Source of the DNA: Ylistrum balloti
Taxonomy: Eukaryota
Reading direction: 5' to 3'
Assembly: GCF_031769215.1 (NCBI RefSeq)
Contig: NW_026782168.1
Coordinates: forward strand, 124,001 to 188,000
Length of the DNA: 64,000 nucleotides
The position numbers and the translations under genes were made by a program. Of the stretch, positions 63,426 to 64,000 are shown piece by piece (the stretch's first letter is position 1; each line of letters starts with the position of its first letter). The notes beneath the pieces were generated by a model, which worked only from the letters and a program-made list of their open reading frames with translations, was not told where the DNA came from and did not search any database.

Positions 63426-64000
63426 TCACTTCCTACTCCTTGTTGTACGTTTGACAGGAGTGGATGCTTTTTTGGCAGAATTTGCCTTTTTCGTTGCCTT
63501 TGCTGCCACTGTTTTTGTTTTCACCGGTGATTTTTTTGTTGGACTGGCCGGTTTTCCCCTGGTGACACGTTTTGCTTTAACTGGACTATCTTTGGCTGGT
63601 GTAGCAACTTTGACTGTTTTAGTAGCTACCTTTTTACCTTTCTTTGTTGTAGAATCTTTTGCTGGGGAAACAATTTCAACAGGTTTGGTGTCTTCCTTAA
63701 TAGCCTTCCTTTTGTTTCCTTTACTAGGTTTAGAAGCAGGTGAAGGTTTAACTGGACTTTCTACCTTTTCTTTCTCAGCATTCTTCTTTACTGGTGATGC
63801 AGCCTTTACTAGTGTGACTACTTTTCCTCTCGTGCGCTTTACCTTCACTGGACTGACCATGGCTGGTGAAGCAGCTTTTGCTGCTGCCCCTCTTCCACTT
63901 TTCTTTACAGGTGAAGGCTTCTTATCCTCAACTGGAGCTGCAATTTTAGGTACCTTTGCTGGACTCTCCTGTTTCTCAGTGGCTTTCCTCTTTGTTCCTC
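63426..64000 (-). CDS. 3' end of a gene continuing beyond the window; basic Lys/Ala/Pro/Ser/Thr-rich, histone-H1-tail-like C-terminus, product unknown
   Basis: Frame is open from the window edge to TGA at 63426 (about 190 aa: GTKRKATEKQESPAKVPK...TPVKRTTRSRK). Contains 13 S/T-P motifs. The AT-rich sequence after it looks like a 3' UTR. Confidence 0.8.
   Translation of the reverse strand, partial: GTKRKATEKQESPAKVPKIAAPVEDKKPSPVKKSGRGAAAKAASPAMVSPVKVKRTRGKVVTLVKAASPVKKNAEKEKVESPVKPSPASKPSKGNKRKAIKEDTKPVEIVSPAKDSTTKKGKKVATKTVKVATPAKDSPVKAKRVTRGKPASPTKKSPVKTKTVAAKATKKANSAKKASTPVKRTTRSRK

Overview
AT-rich animal genomic DNA with spliceosomal GT-AG introns, probably a bivalve mollusc (inferred from the repeat families). 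Gene models were built by hand from splice signals and phase. Three complete minus-strand genes: a 7-exon TspanC8 tetraspanin (TSPAN33-like, 297 aa, 6603-15641), a 6-exon DCAF10/WDR32 (629 aa, 25142-31635) and a 19-exon NSD2-like histone H3K36 methyltransferase (about 1482 aa, 36290-55852). Two partial genes sit at the edges: a His/Gly/Arg/Tyr-rich terminal exon on + (910-1864) and a Lys/Ala/Ser-Pro-rich, H1-tail-like terminal exon on - (63426-64000). About 10% of the window is minisatellite. There are also several HINE-like elements, a mariner with TIRs, and Tc1, Penelope-like and SINE fossils. No tRNA, rRNA or CRISPR array is supported. The most striking pattern is that many tandem duplications are copies of the gene's own functional boundaries. 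Two long tetraspanin intron arrays are amplified 3' splice sites; one is in frame and copies the CCG motif. DCAF10 and NSD introns carry degenerate copies of the neighbouring exon end or acceptor. A 78-bp coding repeat has amplified its own in-frame TGA eight times. A second group of arrays appears to be seeded on palindromes, and one contains a 49-bp templated insertion.
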